Shown here piece after piece: positions 63,863 through 64,000 of a stretch of DNA of 64,000 nt (position 1 is the stretch's first letter; every line of letters starts with the position of its first letter). The DNA lies in the NCBI GenBank assembly GCA_963729805.1, contig CAVSPH010000014.1:6832-70831 (forward strand), written 5' to 3'. The notes below the pieces were generated by a model that did not search any database, had not been told where the DNA came from, and saw only the letters and a program-made list of their open reading frames with translations. A program made the position numbers and the translations under genes. Source of the DNA: Candidatus Bathyarchaeota archaeon (GTDB taxonomy: Archaea > Thermoproteota > Bathyarchaeia > Bathyarchaeales > Bathycorpusculaceae).

Positions 63863-64000
63863 ACCAAATCAGCAACTATGGTAAACCACTTAAGTAATAA
63901 AGTTTTTTAAGTTTACCCCCAAATCTATCCCAAATCAACATTTTCAATTCTTCCAATAGCTTAAACTTAAAATAACTCTTAAAAGCCAGTTGAAAATCGC

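Overview
Archaeal chromosomal window, most consistent with Bathyarchaeia. The assignment is inferred from an aEF-2 paralog, twin purP, MvhAG/HdrBC, lysW, PolB2, and Pro/Thr-linked membrane-anchored PQQ-propeller and FxLYD-type proteins. The first 37 kb is housekeeping and energy metabolism: partial AOR, Xaa-Pro peptidase, tRNA-Ile2(CAU), Ogg1, a diphthamide-less EF-2 paralog, a RIO-like kinase, purE/C/P/P, a hydrogenase protease, a DUF4258/DUF2283 TA-like pair, hdrCB-mvhGA, hoxEFUYH, an ACD-GNAT fusion, lysW, and a livGF-paaK-iorAB-livKHM-paaI aryl-acid cluster ending at tRNA-Cys. From 37 to 64 kb is an accessory region: pseudogenes, a decayed tRNA, an IS remnant, exported Moco-fold and PQQ-propeller proteins, PolB2, and surface hydrolases. 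Many genes between 11.8 and 36.8 kb and between 51 and 54.7 kb are split by single-base indels that look like read errors. The most notable signals are (i) a non-coding module present three times, with a conserved promoter-like core next to six helically phased 10-bp repeats whose unit differs between copies; (ii) an IorA with an in-frame 4x[4Fe-4S] polyferredoxin insertion; and (iii) a group of apparently Sec-exported sulfite-oxidase-fold proteins. All calls come from motif recognition by eye; no searches were run.
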